This document shows positions 7,601 through 8,998 of a DNA stretch of 8,998 bases, one piece after another; position 1 is the stretch's first letter, and each line of letters starts with the position of its first letter. Location of the stretch: the NCBI GenBank assembly GCA_964388265.1, contig CAYLXZ010000028.1:1-8998 (forward strand), in the 5' to 3' direction. The position numbers and the translations under genes are program-made. The notes beneath the pieces were generated by a model. That model was not told the DNA's origin, ran no database searches, and saw nothing but the letters and a program-made list of their open reading frames with translations. The stretch is from Candidatus Micrarchaeota archaeon. Its GTDB lineage: Archaea > B1Sed10-29.

Positions 7601-7653
7601 AAGAACTAATGAATAAAGTTGAAAGCCAAAATGGAGGTGGCGTAGATGGATAA
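4612..7653 (+). CDS. nrdD: Anaerobic (class III) ribonucleoside-triphosphate reductase large subunit with N-terminal ATP-cone; contains an intein; lacks the C-terminal glycyl-radical loop
   Basis: ATP-cone 'IEKRDGEVVPFDKSKITNAI'; motifs 'HIHDL', 'PYCVGW', 'FTFPIPTYN', finger loop RSMC..CRL, 'TGSIGVVTINMPR', 'NLEATPAEG', 'YTGGTVFH'; Zn site CPEH...CPTC. No RxxGY motif before the stop. Confidence 0.97.
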   Translation: MSKIQRIEKRDGEVVPFDKSKITNAIYAAAKSVGEESKKACKDLADVVTKELERRYEDKKRELPDVEEIQNLVEEVLMEKAHPKTAKAYIRYRQQHENIRQISRFIEDVTLVEDYLNRDDWEVKENANMSYSLQGLNNYLSEKVIRKYWLKKIYPQQVQNAHEDGKFHIHDLGVLGPYCVGWDLKDFLKSGFEGVRGKIETKAPKHLDAALGQLVNLLYTLQGEAAGAQAVSNLDTMMAPFIAYDDLSRREVEQALESWVFNMNVPTRVGFQTPFTNVTMDLTVPKSLEDEPVIIGGEEQDKTYGDFQEEMDMFNEVFAEIMMKGDAKGRPFTFPIPTYNITNDFDWDKETLDPVWEMTAKYGIPYFANFINSDMEADDARSMCPIDGEEKVLIKSSRGRELEYSKIRNIYEGNSKQEEYEIFSDGKFVKGEFNKFKNQEMVKVTLENNHELKMTKEHLNFILRDRNSEMEELKGKELKEGMYLPYSQKKYEGREKSNKEMGYFIGAFAGDGSFDGETTVIFSLNKNQEEEVAEELADIARRYFGAHTTLTPHEETELLTLKVHSRAAVGLCKDYVSGKEREKHYRARLFNTGIEFREGVIEGHYATDGGNRNRIYTSSEKMVESLNMLAATLGTTTSVYQDDREGRLGEEPNYSVLIYQLNRDKYGELWFKKHNKLWVKIKSIEDIPNNTAYCFEVKNDEPIFTVGSTGILTHNCRLRLDKRELKKRGGGLFGADPKTGSIGVVTINMPRIGYEADNEEEFMEMLEDRMDLAKKSLKIKREILERLTEKGLFPYSKYYLRDIKEGYGEYWKNHFSTIGLNGMNDALLNFMDTNIGTEEGRKFAEKVLVKMREKLADYQEETGDIFNLEATPAEGTSYRLARIDQQRYPDLRIHNQEKYGSKTPYYTNSTQLPVGYTNDLFEALDNQDPLQTKYTGGTVFHGFLGEKMPDKEATKSLVKKIANNYELPYYTLSPTFSVCPEHGYIPGEHEYCPTCDKELMNKVESQNGGGVDG
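5764..6756 (+). mobile_element. Intein with LAGLIDADG homing endonuclease in NrdD (P385-N715, 331 aa; alternatively starts at C384, 5761)
   Basis: Block A-like PIDGEEKVLI; block B TKEH (5974-5985); endonuclease blocks FIGAFAGDGS (6121-6150) and IEGHYATDGG; block F AYCFEV; block G GILTHN followed by Cys+1. Removal restores DARSMC-CRLRLD. Confidence 0.95.
7633..7639 (+). promoter_or_regulatory. Shine-Dalgarno site for the small glycyl-radical gene
   Basis: GGAGGTG ending 6 nt before the ATG at 7646, within the last codons of nrdD. Confidence 0.8.
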
Positions 7654-7798
7654 AGAAGACCTACCTGAAGAAGAAAGAACAAAATGCGAAGTTTACTCAA
7701 GGATAGTCGGGTACCTAAGACCCGTAGAACAATGGAACGAAGGAAAAACCGAGGAGTTCCACAACAGAGAAACCTTTGAAACGAGTATAAACGTATGA
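7646..7798 (+). CDS. Stand-alone NrdD glycyl-radical domain protein, 50 aa (not in the supplied ORF track)
   Basis: Hand translation: MDKEDLPEEERTKCEVYSRIVGYLRPVEQWNEGKTEEFHNRETFETSINV. It contains the NrdD C-terminal signature (CEVYSRIVGYLRP..WN.GK..EF..R), has a strong SD, overlaps nrdD by 8 nt and overlaps nrdG by ATGA. Confidence 0.93.
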   Translation: MDKEDLPEEERTKCEVYSRIVGYLRPVEQWNEGKTEEFHNRETFETSINV

Positions 7799-8481
7799 AG
7801 ATAAGAGGAATAAGAAAAACAACACTGGTGGACTACCCAGGGAAAGTAGCAACCACTATATTCACAGGTAAATGTAACTTCAGGTGTCCTTACTGTCATA
7901 ACCCTACGTTAGTGGAAGAAAAACCTGACACGGACACCATACCTATAGATAAATTCCTCAAGTTTCTAGAGGAGAGAAGAGGGAAACTCGGCGCCGTGTG
8001 CATAACAGGAGGAGAACCCACACTACAACCAGATATAAAGCAATTCATAGAAAAGATAAAAGATAAAGATTACCTAGTGAAACTGGATACCAATGGCTCG
8101 AACCCAGAGAAACTGAAAAAACTATTACCTACAGTGGACTACGTGGCGATGGATATAAAAGCACCCAAGGAAAGATACCAAGAAGTAACCAGGTCCAAGG
8201 TCGATCCGGAGAAAATACAGAGAAGCATAGACTTGATAAAGGAAAGCGATGTAGAATACGAATTTAGAACCACAGTAGCTCCAGATCTACTGGACGAAGG
8301 AGATATGGAAGAAATAGGTAAATGGCTAGATGGATCTAGAAACTACTACATCCAGCAGTTCAGTTCAAAGAACACTCTGGATCCTGATTACCGTGAGAAA
8401 ACTCCTTACCCTGAGGAAAAGCTTGAAGAGATCAAGGAATCCATCGAGAAACACTTTGGAAACTGTGAAATCAGATCCTAG
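7795..8481 (+). CDS. nrdG: Anaerobic RNR activating enzyme (radical SAM)
   Basis: Motifs 'TLVDYPGK', CNFRCPYCHN (CxxxCxxC), 'ITGGEPTL', 'KLDTNGS', 'AMDIK', 'EFRTT'. Operonic with nrdD. Confidence 0.95.
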   Translation: MKIRGIRKTTLVDYPGKVATTIFTGKCNFRCPYCHNPTLVEEKPDTDTIPIDKFLKFLEERRGKLGAVCITGGEPTLQPDIKQFIEKIKDKDYLVKLDTNGSNPEKLKKLLPTVDYVAMDIKAPKERYQEVTRSKVDPEKIQRSIDLIKESDVEYEFRTTVAPDLLDEGDMEEIGKWLDGSRNYYIQQFSSKNTLDPDYREKTPYPEEKLEEIKESIEKHFGNCEIRS

Positions 8482-8490
8482 TTCTGACAT

Positions 8491-8532
8491 AAGGGTTTTT
8501 AATTTCTCAATCCACTTAATTCACAGGGTGAT
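8491..8532 (+). promoter_or_regulatory. Putative promoter and SD of the HIT gene
   Basis: AAGGG-TTTTTAAT (8491-8503) about 33 nt before the ATG; GGTGAT SD at 8527-8532. Confidence 0.5.
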
Positions 8533-8535
8533 AGA

Positions 8536-8946
8536 ATGGAAGACTGTCTGTTCTGCCAGATAATTAAGGGAAAGAAACCAAGCCATAAGGTATACGAAGA
8601 CGAAGATGTCTACGCGTTTCTAGATATAAACCCAAAAGTCAAGGGACACACGCTTGTAGTGCCTAAGGAACACAGCGAGACGTTCTTGGATCTAGATTCA
8701 TCTCAGATAGATACATTATTCGAGTCCGTACAAAAAATAGCTAAAGGAATCACTGAAACAGTTAATGCAGAAGGATTCAACTTAATGCAGAACAATGGAA
8801 GAGCAGCAGGACAGGTTGTTGACCACGTACACGTACACATACTTCCAAGAAAACAAGACGATGGCCTGGACATGGAATGGAGTTATGAGCCTGAAGGAGA
8901 ATTCCAAGAACTTAAGAAAGAGATTAAAAACTCAATTGAATCTTAA
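8536..8946 (+). CDS. hit: HIT (histidine triad) family nucleotide hydrolase, Hint-like
   Basis: N-terminal 'DCLFCQI', 'AFLDINP..GHTLVVPKEH', 'AGQVVDHVHVHILPR' (HxHxHxx triad). Confidence 0.95.
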   Translation: MEDCLFCQIIKGKKPSHKVYEDEDVYAFLDINPKVKGHTLVVPKEHSETFLDLDSSQIDTLFESVQKIAKGITETVNAEGFNLMQNNGRAAGQVVDHVHVHILPRKQDDGLDMEWSYEPEGEFQELKKEIKNSIES

Positions 8947-8966
8947 GTTTAACTAAACACTACTCA

Positions 8967-8998
8967 GGGCCCGTAGATCAGTGGAAGATCGTTTCCTT
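8967..8998 (+). tRNA. tRNA, most likely tRNA-Ala, 5' portion (truncated by window end just before the anticodon)
   Basis: GGGCCCG acceptor 5' strand (G3), TA, D arm GATC-AGTGGAA-GATC, G, anticodon stem TTTCC then TT. Resembles archaeal tRNA-Ala 5' ends. AT-rich TATA-like TTAAGTTTAA at 8943-8952. Confidence 0.85.

Noticed and set aside
7600..7700. nrdD as a frameshifted pseudogene or programmed frameshift
   Set aside because: The downstream part has its own strong SD and ATG, preceded by an in-frame TAG. No slippery run is evident between 7646 and the stop, and all catalytic motifs are intact.
4530..8563. ORFs 4530..4787, 5045..5332, 5265..5495, 6750..7001, 7208..7474, 7518..7700, 7693..7899 (minus) and 8330..8563 (plus)
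   Set aside because: Shadow ORFs over nrdD, the small glycyl-radical gene and nrdG, with no independent evidence of coding
8536..8946. HIT hydrolase as a dedicated member of the RNR operon
   Set aside because: It is separated by 54 nt containing its own TATA-like box and SD. Hint-type genes are ubiquitous, so adjacency alone is not evidence.
1..8998. tRNA-flanked genomic island or provirus
   Set aside because: No integrase or viral genes, and no duplicated tRNA 3' end (att site). The shared GGGTTCAAATCCC at 26-38 and 132-144 is just the conserved T loop. The cargo is housekeeping.

Overview
Archaeal chromosomal window of ordinary housekeeping character, bounded by tRNA genes. From left to right: the 3' part of a tRNA-Glu that appears interrupted at the anticodon loop; a complete tRNA-Leu(TAG); a membrane-anchored surface glycoprotein; the archaeal upper-mevalonate cluster on the minus strand (HMG-CoA synthase, thiolase, DUF35); a divergent promoter region; a class III (anaerobic) ribonucleotide reductase operon; a HIT hydrolase; and the 5' part of a tRNA-Ala. 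The RNR operon has two unusual features. First, NrdD is split: its glycyl-radical loop (YSRIVGY) is a separate 50-aa gene (7646..7798) missing from the ORF track. Second, a LAGLIDADG intein sits in the active-site SMC^CRL finger loop and, by motif register, appears to start with Pro rather than Cys/Ser, implying non-canonical (class 3-like) splicing. All calls come from motif recognition; no searches were run.
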